Below are positions 7,749-17,011 of a stretch of 64,000 nt of DNA, piece after piece. The stretch's first letter is position 1. Each line of letters starts with the position of its first letter. The stretch spans positions 135,706-199,705 of the forward strand of contig JAYWMQ010000006.1 in assembly GCA_035873375.1 (NCBI GenBank), read 5' to 3'. A program made the position numbers and the translations under genes. The stretch comes from Nitrospirota bacterium (GTDB taxonomy: Bacteria > Nitrospirota > Thermodesulfovibrionia > Thermodesulfovibrionales > JdFR-85). The notes under the pieces are model-generated. The model worked only from the letters and a program-made list of their open reading frames with translations, searched no databases and was not told where the DNA came from.

Positions 7749-9701
7749 ATGCATTTATGCGACATAGTGTTTCCTCAGAATCTACCGCCACTTACGTACC
7801 ATGTACCGGAAAAACTCCGCCCATCCGTAAAAGCCGGTATGATGGTACTGGCACCGTTGAGGGGGAAGATAAAAAAAGGCATGGTTTTAAGGCATTATCC
7901 TTCGGGCAGCGGGACCTTTAAGGGCAGGTTGAATGAAATACTTGAGATTGTTATGCCTGCATATTCTCCTGCAATGACCGAGCTGATTGACTGGAGTACA
8001 GACTACTACATCACAAACCATGGAACAATGCTGAAAAACATACCATTTAAAGAGATTCTCAAGGCAGCAAGAAAACCCCGCCACAGACCCCCTGCTGCAT
8101 TTGAATTTACCCCCCCGTTACCATCTAAAGAGGAGACTGCTTTTATAAATGAGATATCGACTTCAGCCCAAAAAGGAGAGTACAGGACCTTTCTGTACCA
8201 TGCACCGGGAGATGAACACGAGATCGGCTTTGTGCTGGGACTTCTTCAGGGGATGCGCAGCGCCCTCATACTTGCACCAGAGGTCAGGGATGCAGAGCTC
8301 ATTTACTCGCTCCTGCGGGGGCTGCCGGACGGCAGCAGGGTCTGTGCATACCATGGAGAAATGAAGAGAACCGAGAGGTATGATTCCATCGAAGGCATAT
8401 ACGCCGGCAGATACGACATAGTGGTCGGAACAAGGCCTGTTGTGTTTGCCCCCCTATTCTCCCCCTCGGTAATTATCGTAACAAAGGAGCACAACACGGC
8501 ATACAAACAGGAAGAGTCCCCAAAATACCATGGGAGAGACGTTGCCGTAATGAGGGGATTTATTGAAAAGGTACCGGTTGTATTGACCTCTGTCACTCCC
8601 TCTGTGGAATCCTGTTACAACTCCTTTAATAAGAAGTACATCCTTCTTAGCCAGAAAGAAAGGGGCACCGGGCCTGCTGTCTCCCTGATTCAACTAAGGA
8701 AAGCAAAAACGGTTGCCCCTTTTTTATCAGTAAAGCTTCTGAACAGTTTAAAGACTGCCATTAGTAAATCAGAAAGACCTGCAGGTGCCATGGTGGTTAT
8801 ACAGCGCCGTGGGTATTCCATGCTGAAATGCGATGACTGTGAAGAGATAGAGATGTGTGCTGAGTGTCAGACTCCACTTGTTGTGCACAGGGGAGAGGGG
8901 CTTGTCTGCCATATCTGCGGCTACAGCAAAGAGATACCCCACTCCTGCAGCAGGTGCGGCAGCTTTAAACTCAGTCATTTTGGGGCAGGAACGGAAAGGA
9001 TTGAAGAGGAGTTAAAAAAACACCTCGGTATAAACGTAATCAGACAGGACAGCGATATCTCCAGGAAGTCTAAAACAAAAAAACAGGAGCCGGAATCCGT
9101 GAATGCATCATCAGAGGTCTTGATTCCTGATTCCACCGCCCGACACATCGTGGTAGGTACACTGAAGGCAAGGAGGATACCCCAAAAGAGTCTGGACATT
9201 ATTGCATTCCTGAATCCGGACCTGCTGCTGAACCTCCCTGAGGTGAGGGCCCCTGAAAAACTCGTTCAGGAGATATACTCTTTAAGAGGGCTCCTCTCTG
9301 AAAAAGGACGGCTATTGCTCCAGACGGAGATACCATGGCATCCTGTATATAAATACTTAAGGAAATGGGACTATATGGGATTTATAAAAGACGAACTCAA
9401 GGTAAGAAAAGAGAGCTCCATGCCGCCTTATACAAAGCTGGTGACCCTCTGCATCTATACGAATGACGATAAGTTCACCACTGACAGGCTCAGTGATACC
9501 ATCAGGAGAGCATGCGGCAGGATAGAGGCCATAGGCCCCATCAGAATAACACCGAGGATAAAGGGTTACTCCTCCTGTTTTCAGGTTATTTTAAGGGATA
9601 TGAACAGACAGGCACTGAAGGAGTGCGCAAAGTCCATAAAGAAAGTTGTTGAGCATACCGGCATGACATTAAGGATAGACGTTGACCCGGTGCTCTTTTA
9701 G
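7749..9701 (+). CDS. priA: Primosomal protein N' (PriA), helicase motifs degenerate
   Basis: 3'-binding N-terminus (LTYHVP...VLAPLRG), YKQEESPKYHGRDVA, 8-Cys region CDDC/CAEC/CHIC/CSRC, C-terminal IDVDP. Walker A, Walker B and motif VI are not conserved. Confidence 0.9.
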   Translation: MHLCDIVFPQNLPPLTYHVPEKLRPSVKAGMMVLAPLRGKIKKGMVLRHYPSGSGTFKGRLNEILEIVMPAYSPAMTELIDWSTDYYITNHGTMLKNIPFKEILKAARKPRHRPPAAFEFTPPLPSKEETAFINEISTSAQKGEYRTFLYHAPGDEHEIGFVLGLLQGMRSALILAPEVRDAELIYSLLRGLPDGSRVCAYHGEMKRTERYDSIEGIYAGRYDIVVGTRPVVFAPLFSPSVIIVTKEHNTAYKQEESPKYHGRDVAVMRGFIEKVPVVLTSVTPSVESCYNSFNKKYILLSQKERGTGPAVSLIQLRKAKTVAPFLSVKLLNSLKTAISKSERPAGAMVVIQRRGYSMLKCDDCEEIEMCAECQTPLVVHRGEGLVCHICGYSKEIPHSCSRCGSFKLSHFGAGTERIEEELKKHLGINVIRQDSDISRKSKTKKQEPESVNASSEVLIPDSTARHIVVGTLKARRIPQKSLDIIAFLNPDLLLNLPEVRAPEKLVQEIYSLRGLLSEKGRLLLQTEIPWHPVYKYLRKWDYMGFIKDELKVRKESSMPPYTKLVTLCIYTNDDKFTTDRLSDTIRRACGRIEAIGPIRITPRIKGYSSCFQVILRDMNRQALKECAKSIKKVVEHTGMTLRIDVDPVLF

Positions 9702-10613
9702 TATCAATCTTGCTGTCTCTATATCTTTGCCTATCTCTTTTTTGAGTGATTCAGCATCAGGAAAGGTCCTCTCGCCACGGATTCTGTCAATGAAAAAGAG
9801 CCTGATATCCTTGCCTAACAGGTCACCGTTGAAATCAAAGAGATGGGCCTCGTAGCTCAGTGCCTCACCACCAAAGGTGGGGTTTTTACCTATATTTGCC
9901 ACTCCGTCATAGACATTGCCGTTTATCTTCACCTTAACTGCATAGACCCCCTCTCTGGGTGCCAACTCATTCGGGGTCTCAATGTTTGCAGTCGGTATGC
10001 CGAGTATGCTTGCCCCCCTGCCGGCCCCTGTAATCACCCTGCCGTGTATTGAATAGGGCCTTCCAAGCAGAGTGGCTGCCTCACATACCCTTCCCCACAG
10101 CAGAAGCTGCCTAATCCTGCTGCTGCTGACAATATAACCGGAAATCCTCCTGTTTCTCACAACATTAACCTTAAACCCATACTTTCTGCCACGCCTCCTG
10201 AGCAGGTCAGTGGTGCCCTTTTTTCCTTTACCAAATCGATAGTTATGACCTACTATCACATGTTTTACCTTAAGTTTCCCTACCAGCACTTCCCTGACAA
10301 AATCATCGGGTGCCATCTTTGCAAACTCCCTGTCAAAATCAATACATAAAAAGACATCAATGCCGGTCATCTCAATAAGCCTTATTTTCTCATCAAGGGG
10401 GGTAAGGAGTTTCAGTTTCCTGTCAGGGGCTATCACCTTGAGTGGATGGGGATCAAAGGTAATGACTATTGAGGTGCCGCCGCCACGGGCTGCATCCATC
10501 ACTTTACGGAAGATCTTCTGATGACCGAGATGGACTCCGTCAAAATTACCAATCGTTACAACAGGATCCGGGAACTCCTTATCCAATGCCTGGAGACCTT
10601 TGATTACAACCAT
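9669..10613 (-). CDS. ribF: Bifunctional riboflavin kinase/FAD synthetase
   Basis: GNFDGVHLGH, PTAN, EAH motifs. Overlaps the priA 3' end by 33 nt. Confidence 0.95.
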   Translation of the reverse strand: MVVIKGLQALDKEFPDPVVTIGNFDGVHLGHQKIFRKVMDAARGGGTSIVITFDPHPLKVIAPDRKLKLLTPLDEKIRLIEMTGIDVFLCIDFDREFAKMAPDDFVREVLVGKLKVKHVIVGHNYRFGKGKKGTTDLLRRRGRKYGFKVNVVRNRRISGYIVSSSRIRQLLLWGRVCEAATLLGRPYSIHGRVITGAGRGASILGIPTANIETPNELAPREGVYAVKVKINGNVYDGVANIGKNPTFGGEALSYEAHLFDFNGDLLGKDIRLFFIDRIRGERTFPDAESLKKEIGKDIETARLILKEHRVNVYP

Positions 10614-10996
10614 CTGACCTTTTTACAGCATATTATTTTAACGTTAGACATACTTTAAACCCGGGTTCCCTTGTTATTATAAAGTTATATGAAAAAGCCG
10701 ACACATTTTGTGTAATGGATTTCCCTTTATCTAAAAATTATAAAACCTTGCCTTAATTAAAGTAAATATGCAAAATATATGACATTCGACAGAATGCCTC
10801 CGGTATCAACTATTAACTATTATATATGCAAGCTATGTCAACGATGTGTCATCTTGTGTCATCTTAAAACAAGCCGGAGTATACCAGGGGGTTGAATCCA
10901 GGGTAAATGCCTGTATACTGTAAACGGTATATTTTTTGCATTAAATCATGATATTACGATCGCGAAAGTTAAATAATTTCAATAATAAGGAGCTCC

Positions 10997-12046
10997 ATGC
11001 CTGAGGATTTGACGTATAAATCAGCCGGCGTCGATATCGACGAAGGAGAGCGTTTTGTAAGGCTCATCTCGCCAATGGTAAAGGAGACCTTCCGGAAAGA
11101 GGTACTTACCGGCCTCGGACAATTCGGGGCCCTCTTTGAGCTTGCCCCCGGCAAATATAAAAGGCCTGTACTGATAAGCGGAACAGACGGCGTTGGAACA
11201 AAGCTGAAGATTGCTTTTATGTGTGACAGGCATGACACCATCGGTATTGACCTTGTTGCAATGTGTGTAAATGATATTCTGACCTCCGGAGCTGAACCTC
11301 TCTTCTTTCTCGACTACCTGGCAACCGGAAGGCTTATGGCGGAAAAGGCAAGCGAAATCATCAGTGGTATTGTAAGGGGTTGCAAGGAATCCGGATGTTC
11401 ACTTATCGGTGGTGAAACGGCAGAGATGCCAGGATTTTACAGGGAAGATGAATATGACCTTTCAGGTTTTGCCGTTGGTGTTGCAGAGAGGGAAAAGGTA
11501 ATAGATGGAAGCACGGTCTCCCATGGTGACCTCATTGTTGGCATTTCATCAAGCGGACTTCACAGTAACGGATACTCCCTTGTGAGGAAGCTATTTTTCG
11601 ATTTGAAGGCATTTAAACCCGATACCTTCATCGAGGAGTTCGGCAGGACGCTCGGTGAAGAGCTGCTTGAGCCCACAAGGATATATGTAAAAGCCTTTAA
11701 CCTGCTGAAAGATGCAGGGCACAATGTCAAGGCAATGGCCCATATAACAGGCGGTGGAATACCCGGAAATCTCCCAAGGGCACTCCCTGAAGGGATGGAA
11801 GCGGTTATCAGAACGGGGTCATGGCCTGAGCAGCCTGTTTTTCAGGTGATCCGCAAAACCGGAAACATATCAGGGGAAGAGATGAAAAAAGCCTTTAATC
11901 TCGGCATCGGATATATTGTAATATTACCCCCTGATCAGGGAGACAGGGCTGTTTCCCTCTTAAAGTCATCAGGTTACGAGAGTTTTATCATAGGTGAAAT
12001 ACAGAAAGCCACATCAGGGATTAAGGCAGGGATCAGGTATGTATAA
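10997..12046 (+). CDS. purM: Phosphoribosylformylglycinamidine cyclo-ligase
   Basis: YKSAGVDID, TDGVGTK, GGETAEMPG, HSNGYSL, HITGGG. Confidence 0.97.
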   Translation: MPEDLTYKSAGVDIDEGERFVRLISPMVKETFRKEVLTGLGQFGALFELAPGKYKRPVLISGTDGVGTKLKIAFMCDRHDTIGIDLVAMCVNDILTSGAEPLFFLDYLATGRLMAEKASEIISGIVRGCKESGCSLIGGETAEMPGFYREDEYDLSGFAVGVAEREKVIDGSTVSHGDLIVGISSSGLHSNGYSLVRKLFFDLKAFKPDTFIEEFGRTLGEELLEPTRIYVKAFNLLKDAGHNVKAMAHITGGGIPGNLPRALPEGMEAVIRTGSWPEQPVFQVIRKTGNISGEEMKKAFNLGIGYIVILPPDQGDRAVSLLKSSGYESFIIGEIQKATSGIKAGIRYV

Positions 12047-12887
12047 AGTGAAAAAGTTCATCCGCCGTCTCTTCAACCCAGTTACCATAATCCTTGTCTC
12101 CAGTGGCAATAAAAAACCTGTCAGTGCCAAACTCCCCTCTATCGGGATCATCCTGATCCTCGCTTCATGGATTGTTTTTACCGGATATATTATCTCTGTG
12201 GGTGTGACAACTACAAAATACTTTGCCATAAAAGACAAGCTCGACTTCTACTACAGCCAGTTTGTTGAGCTGAGAACCACCATCAATTCCCTTAAAAAGG
12301 CAGAGACAAAGTTTAACAGGCTTTTCTCTCTTAAGAGCAAAGCGGATATCCTTGAGACCCTCGATGTTTCCGATACAGGCTCTCTTGACATGGAACTGCT
12401 GAAAAAGCAGATCGAAAGGAGTATGGAGACTGTTGGAGAGATAAAAGACTATCTGAGACAGCAGAGGGACATCTATTTTGCAACCCCGATCGGCATGCCT
12501 GTTGATAAAGGATATATAAGCTCCAATTTTGGATGGAGAACCCATCCGCTGACAGGCAAAAGAAACTTTCATTCAGGGGTGGACGTGGCTGCCTGGCCAG
12601 GCTCACCTGTCAGGGCAACTGCCGATGGAATTGTCAGCTTTGCCGGATGGAGTGGAGGAAGCGGCAAACTTGTTGTTATAGAGCATGGATTCGGGTTCAC
12701 TACATGTTTTGCCCATAACAGAAAAATCATCGTGAAAGTGGGACAACGGGTCAAGAGGGGTGATGTCATTTCATATGTCGGCTCAACCGGTAATACCACG
12801 GGGCCTCATGTCCATTACGAGGTCTGGATAGACAAGAAACCTGTTAACGCCAAAACCTTTATGGGGGTGAAAAAAAATGTTCAATAA
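12039..12887 (+). CDS. M23 family peptidase with N-terminal TM and coiled coil
   Basis: HSGVD (HxxxD) and GPHVHYEV (HxH). Start set at ATG 12039, overlapping the purM stop. Confidence 0.9.
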   Translation: MYKVKKFIRRLFNPVTIILVSSGNKKPVSAKLPSIGIILILASWIVFTGYIISVGVTTTKYFAIKDKLDFYYSQFVELRTTINSLKKAETKFNRLFSLKSKADILETLDVSDTGSLDMELLKKQIERSMETVGEIKDYLRQQRDIYFATPIGMPVDKGYISSNFGWRTHPLTGKRNFHSGVDVAAWPGSPVRATADGIVSFAGWSGGSGKLVVIEHGFGFTTCFAHNRKIIVKVGQRVKRGDVISYVGSTGNTTGPHVHYEVWIDKKPVNAKTFMGVKKNVQ

Positions 12888-13263
12888 GAAAAACGACAGG
12901 ATTGAAACACTTATCGGCAGCAATACAACCATAAAAGGAGACATCGAGATCAAGGGGACCATACGCATTGACGGAAGATTCGAAGGAACTATCAAGGCGG
13001 ACTGGATAGTGGTTGGCGAAAACGGACATTTGAAGGGTGATGCATTTGCAAATGGTGTAATTGCCGGTGGAACGGTTGAAGGCAATATCTCTACCAGTGA
13101 ATCTGTTGAGATAAATTCCAGCGGCAAGGTATTTGGAGATGTGCAGACCCAGAAACTTGTTATTATAGAGGGCGGCATTTTTGAGGGACGCTCAAGGATG
13201 CAAAAAGAACATAAACAAGAGAAGAAGGTTGTTGAGCTCCAGAAGGGACAGAAGGCTGACTAA
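12877..13263 (+). CDS. Bactofilin (polymer-forming cytoskeletal protein)
   Basis: TLIGSNTTIKGDI...IDGRFEG...GGTVEGNI...GGIFEG beta-helix repeats. Paired with the M23 peptidase, a known cell-shape gene pair. Confidence 0.92.
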   Translation: MFNKKNDRIETLIGSNTTIKGDIEIKGTIRIDGRFEGTIKADWIVVGENGHLKGDAFANGVIAGGTVEGNISTSESVEINSSGKVFGDVQTQKLVIIEGGIFEGRSRMQKEHKQEKKVVELQKGQKAD

Positions 13264-13314
13264 CCTGAGAGCTCGTTATTTTATTAAGATACCTGAAACA
13301 GTGATAAATGGTTG

Positions 13315-13450
13315 AAGGGAGCGATATGACAGATTCTTCACTCATTCTCGATGGACATCGTGTCCATCTGCGAGGTAATTTCGCAATTAACCATCCAGGT
13401 GAATTTACAGCGAAATTAAAACCGTTCAGACTCTATCATACCGCTTCCTT
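13315..13450 (+). repeat. Structured intergenic repeat, copy A
   Basis: Terminal inverted arms 19/23 matched. Core cactcattctcg, hairpin atggac/gtccat, stem taatttcgc/gcgaaatta, ccatccaggtgaa, aaaaccgttcag. Confidence 0.85.
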
Positions 13451-13477
13451 TTCAGGTTTTGTAATCAAAAAACCCGA

Positions 13478-15418
13478 GTGAAGCAATCCCGAAGAATATA
13501 TCAGGATAACACACCCCTTCAGGACGCAATTGAAAAGTGGCTTGCGGTAGTCGAACCGCTTCCGCCAAAGGAAGGGGAGTTCATTCCCGTGCATCAGTCC
13601 GCGGGCAGGATAACCGCCCAGGCAGTACAGGCCATGATATCCTCACCCTTCTTTCACTCCTCTGCAATGGACGGCTACGCAGTACGTTTTCATGAAACCT
13701 TTGGTGCAACAGAGACACATCCCCTGCGCCTAAAACTCAACGAAGAGGCAATCCCCGTAAATACCGGCGAGCCCATGCCCCATGGGTTCAATGCAGTCAT
13801 AATGGTTGAGGATGTCAGCATCGAGGGGTCTTTTATCGAGATAACGGAATCCGTCACCCCGTATCAGCACGTAAGGACCGTGGGTGAAGATATTGTCCAG
13901 ACTGAGTTGATACTGCCGGAAAATCAGAGGATCAGGCCTGTTGATATCGGTGCCATACTTGCGGGCGGTCATACCGGGGTATCTGTCAGGAAAAAACCAC
14001 TCGTAACCCTGATACCAACCGGCAACGAGGTGGTGGAGCCGGGAACTACACCGCTCAGAAAAGGTAATATAATCGATTTCAACAGTTACATGACAGGTGC
14101 CCTCATCAATCAGTGGGGCGGGGAGTTCAGGAGAGAAGGCGTTGTTTCAGACGATAAGGAATTGCTTAAGGAGAGAATTTCAGAGTCATTGAAGGATAGC
14201 GATCTTGTTGTGGTTATCGCAGGTTCTTCTGCAGGGACAAAGGACTTTACACCAAATGCGATAGGAGAGCTCGGCAGGATAATCGTCCACGGCATCAATA
14301 TAAAACCGGGCAAGCCCGTACTCCTTGGCATGGTTAAGGACAAGCCGGTTATCGGACTTCCGGGTTATCCGGTCAGTGCCTATATAACATTTGAGTTGTT
14401 TGCAAAACCGCTTGTTTACCATTTGCTCGGCATTGTGCCGGAGATGCCCGGGATATTAAAGGCCTGGCTCTCCAGACCAATAGCCTCTTCACTCGGACAG
14501 GAGGAGTTTCTGAGGGTAAAGGTTGGAAAAGTAGGTGGCAAATACATAGCAACACCATCAGGCAGGGGGGCCGGTGCCCTGATGACGCTTCAAAGGGCTG
14601 ACGGGATTGTCAGGATTCCGGCAATGAGCGAAGGCCTGGCACAGAAGTCCGAAGTTGAGGTAACCCTTTTGAGATCAAGAGATGAGATTGAGAATACAAT
14701 TGTATGTATCGGAAGTCATGACAACACACTTGACATCCTTGCAAACCTCCTGAAGAAGCGGTCCCACTCCTACAGCCTCTCTTCAGCACATGTGGGCTCA
14801 ATGGGGGGGATAATGGCTATAAAGAAGATGGAGACACATATCGCGGGTACTCACCTTCTTGACGAATCCACAGGAGAGTACAATATCCCGCTCATTAAAC
14901 GGCTTCTCTGTGATATACCTCTCTTAGTGGTAAATCTTGTTCATCGTCAACAGGGACTCATAGTCCGGAAGGGCAATCCAAAAAGGATAAGGGTGATTGA
15001 AGACCTTACCCGTGAGGGAATTGTATTTATTAACCGGCAGCGTGGCTCCGGGACCAGACTCCTGACGGACAAGTGTCTGAAGGACAGGGGGATCCCCCCA
15101 CAGGAGATAGAGGGCTATGACCGGGAAGAGTATACCCATATGGGCGTGACCTCTGCAGTTGCTACAGGTGTGGCAGACGCCGGGATGGGGATTCTTTCGG
15201 CTGCAGTGGCACTTGGGCAGGAGTTTATCCCGGTGGCAAAGGAGAGGTATGACCTGATAATAAGGGGTGAGTATATCGAAACCCCAAAGATACAGTCTCT
15301 CCTTAATATCCTGACATCCGACAGCGAGTTCAGGAATCTGGTAACGACCCTGGGAGGGTATGATGTGAGTGACATGGGGAAAGTTATCTACACAACCGTG
15401 GGCCCTCCGCGCAATTGA
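13478..15418 (+). CDS. moeA: Molybdopterin molybdotransferase MoeA fused to a periplasmic-binding-protein-like domain
   Basis: SAMDGYA, TGEPMP, KPGKP, LPGYPVSA. C-terminal GSHD...GSMGG...INRQRGSGTR domain. GTG start. Confidence 0.9.
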   Translation: MKQSRRIYQDNTPLQDAIEKWLAVVEPLPPKEGEFIPVHQSAGRITAQAVQAMISSPFFHSSAMDGYAVRFHETFGATETHPLRLKLNEEAIPVNTGEPMPHGFNAVIMVEDVSIEGSFIEITESVTPYQHVRTVGEDIVQTELILPENQRIRPVDIGAILAGGHTGVSVRKKPLVTLIPTGNEVVEPGTTPLRKGNIIDFNSYMTGALINQWGGEFRREGVVSDDKELLKERISESLKDSDLVVVIAGSSAGTKDFTPNAIGELGRIIVHGINIKPGKPVLLGMVKDKPVIGLPGYPVSAYITFELFAKPLVYHLLGIVPEMPGILKAWLSRPIASSLGQEEFLRVKVGKVGGKYIATPSGRGAGALMTLQRADGIVRIPAMSEGLAQKSEVEVTLLRSRDEIENTIVCIGSHDNTLDILANLLKKRSHSYSLSSAHVGSMGGIMAIKKMETHIAGTHLLDESTGEYNIPLIKRLLCDIPLLVVNLVHRQQGLIVRKGNPKRIRVIEDLTREGIVFINRQRGSGTRLLTDKCLKDRGIPPQEIEGYDREEYTHMGVTSAVATGVADAGMGILSAAVALGQEFIPVAKERYDLIIRGEYIETPKIQSLLNILTSDSEFRNLVTTLGGYDVSDMGKVIYTTVGPPRN

Positions 15419-15456
15419 TATTTCAATCAGCGAGACAAATCCTGTAATATTATAGG

Positions 15457-16938
15457 ATGAAACCTTTAAGCTTCTCTTTAGACTTAAAACTCCCCCTGCC
15501 CTCCCCTGATGACAAGAGGGCAGATGTGGAGAGACTCAGTGAGACCGCTGCCATAGAGGACATTCATGTTCCCCTTGAGCTGATGAGGGCCCTGCCCACG
15601 GTGCTGAGGGAGAAGAATTTTGCAATAAAGCCTGTTTTCGGCATAACCGGACCCTGCACCAGATTACTGGAAATAGATTCAGAACAGGTCTTCGGCATTG
15701 CCATTGATATCGGCACCACCAACATAGTCGCCTCCCTTTTTGACTTAAAAAGCTCAAAAAAGATTTCAGAGAAGCACATGACGAATCCCCAGACCGTTTA
15801 TGGCGATGACATTCTCAGCAGGATGCATTTTGCCATGAGCCGTGGGGTTGAAGAACTGCAGAGGGCGGTTATTGGTGGCCTGAACAGTATAATCGCATCA
15901 CTCGCGGATGACGCAAAGATAAAGACCCCAAGGGTATTTGCTGTCACTGTGGCTTCAAATACAGCAATGACCCATCTTCTGCTCGGCCTTGATGTGAGCA
16001 ATATTCCGGTTGAACCCTACATCCCTGTTGTACATTCACCTGATTTTCTGAAAGCAGGTGAGCTTGACCTTGCAGCAAATCCCGAAGCAGTAGTCTATGC
16101 ATTTCCGAATGCCGGCAGCTATGTAGGCGGCGACATTATCTCGGGAATACTCTCTATCGGAATTCATAAGGCTGAGGCCCCGACTGTCCTTATTGACGTG
16201 GGAACAAATGCAGAGATTGTGGTCGGCATGAAGGACTGGCTCTTCGTAGGCGCCGGGGCTGCGGGTCCTGCACTTGAGGGGGGGATTTTCAGTGCAGGCA
16301 TTAGGGCTCAGCCAGGGGCCATTTACAGGGTTGACATAGATCCTGTCACTCATGATGTAAGATATAAAACCATTGAAGATACCCCGCCGGCTGGTATCTG
16401 TGGCTCGGGTGTAATTGACCTGATTGCAGAGCTGTTTGAAAAAGGCATTATTGACAGTATGGGGAGATTCAGGGATACAGCAGGGGTAATCAAGACAGAA
16501 AACGGCCCTTCGTTTGTTGTCGTACGCACTGAAAGAGCAACGATAGAGGTTAGTGAACGGGAAATCAACAATTTTCTGAGATCAAAGGCAGCAATGTTTA
16601 CATCCCTTCATGTACTGCTTAAATCCCTTGGTCTTGGGTTCAGAGATATAGACAGGTTTTATATTGCAGGAGCTCTCGGTTCAGGGGTCAGGGTTCGGAA
16701 GGCAATAGGTATCGGGATGCTTCCTGATATACCTGTTGAGAAATATATCCCCGCCAATAACTCCTCGCTCAACGGGGCTGAGTTGTTACTCACAAATGGC
16801 GAACTGTACAGGGAAGTGGAAAAGATACGCTCAATGATTACCTACAGGGAAATGAACACTGACACCGAGTTCATGAAGGAGTTCCCGGATGCCCTCTTTC
16901 TTCCACACCTGAACCCCGACATCCTTACTAATGGATAA
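15457..16938 (+). CDS. ASKHA-family ATP-dependent corrinoid reductive activator (RACo/DUF4445-like), lacking the N-terminal 2Fe-2S domain
   Basis: IDIGTT, NPQTVYGDDILSR, YVGGDI, IDVGTNAE, AGPALEG, GICGSG. No N-terminal ferredoxin Cys motif. Confidence 0.85.
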   Translation: MKPLSFSLDLKLPLPSPDDKRADVERLSETAAIEDIHVPLELMRALPTVLREKNFAIKPVFGITGPCTRLLEIDSEQVFGIAIDIGTTNIVASLFDLKSSKKISEKHMTNPQTVYGDDILSRMHFAMSRGVEELQRAVIGGLNSIIASLADDAKIKTPRVFAVTVASNTAMTHLLLGLDVSNIPVEPYIPVVHSPDFLKAGELDLAANPEAVVYAFPNAGSYVGGDIISGILSIGIHKAEAPTVLIDVGTNAEIVVGMKDWLFVGAGAAGPALEGGIFSAGIRAQPGAIYRVDIDPVTHDVRYKTIEDTPPAGICGSGVIDLIAELFEKGIIDSMGRFRDTAGVIKTENGPSFVVVRTERATIEVSEREINNFLRSKAAMFTSLHVLLKSLGLGFRDIDRFYIAGALGSGVRVRKAIGIGMLPDIPVEKYIPANNSSLNGAELLLTNGELYREVEKIRSMITYREMNTDTEFMKEFPDALFLPHLNPDILTNG

Positions 16939-17011
16939 CAGCGAAACCCAAGCCACAGACTCTTCCGTGATTAATTTGACCCTCCGTTTAATTTTATGAG
17001 ATAATGACAGG

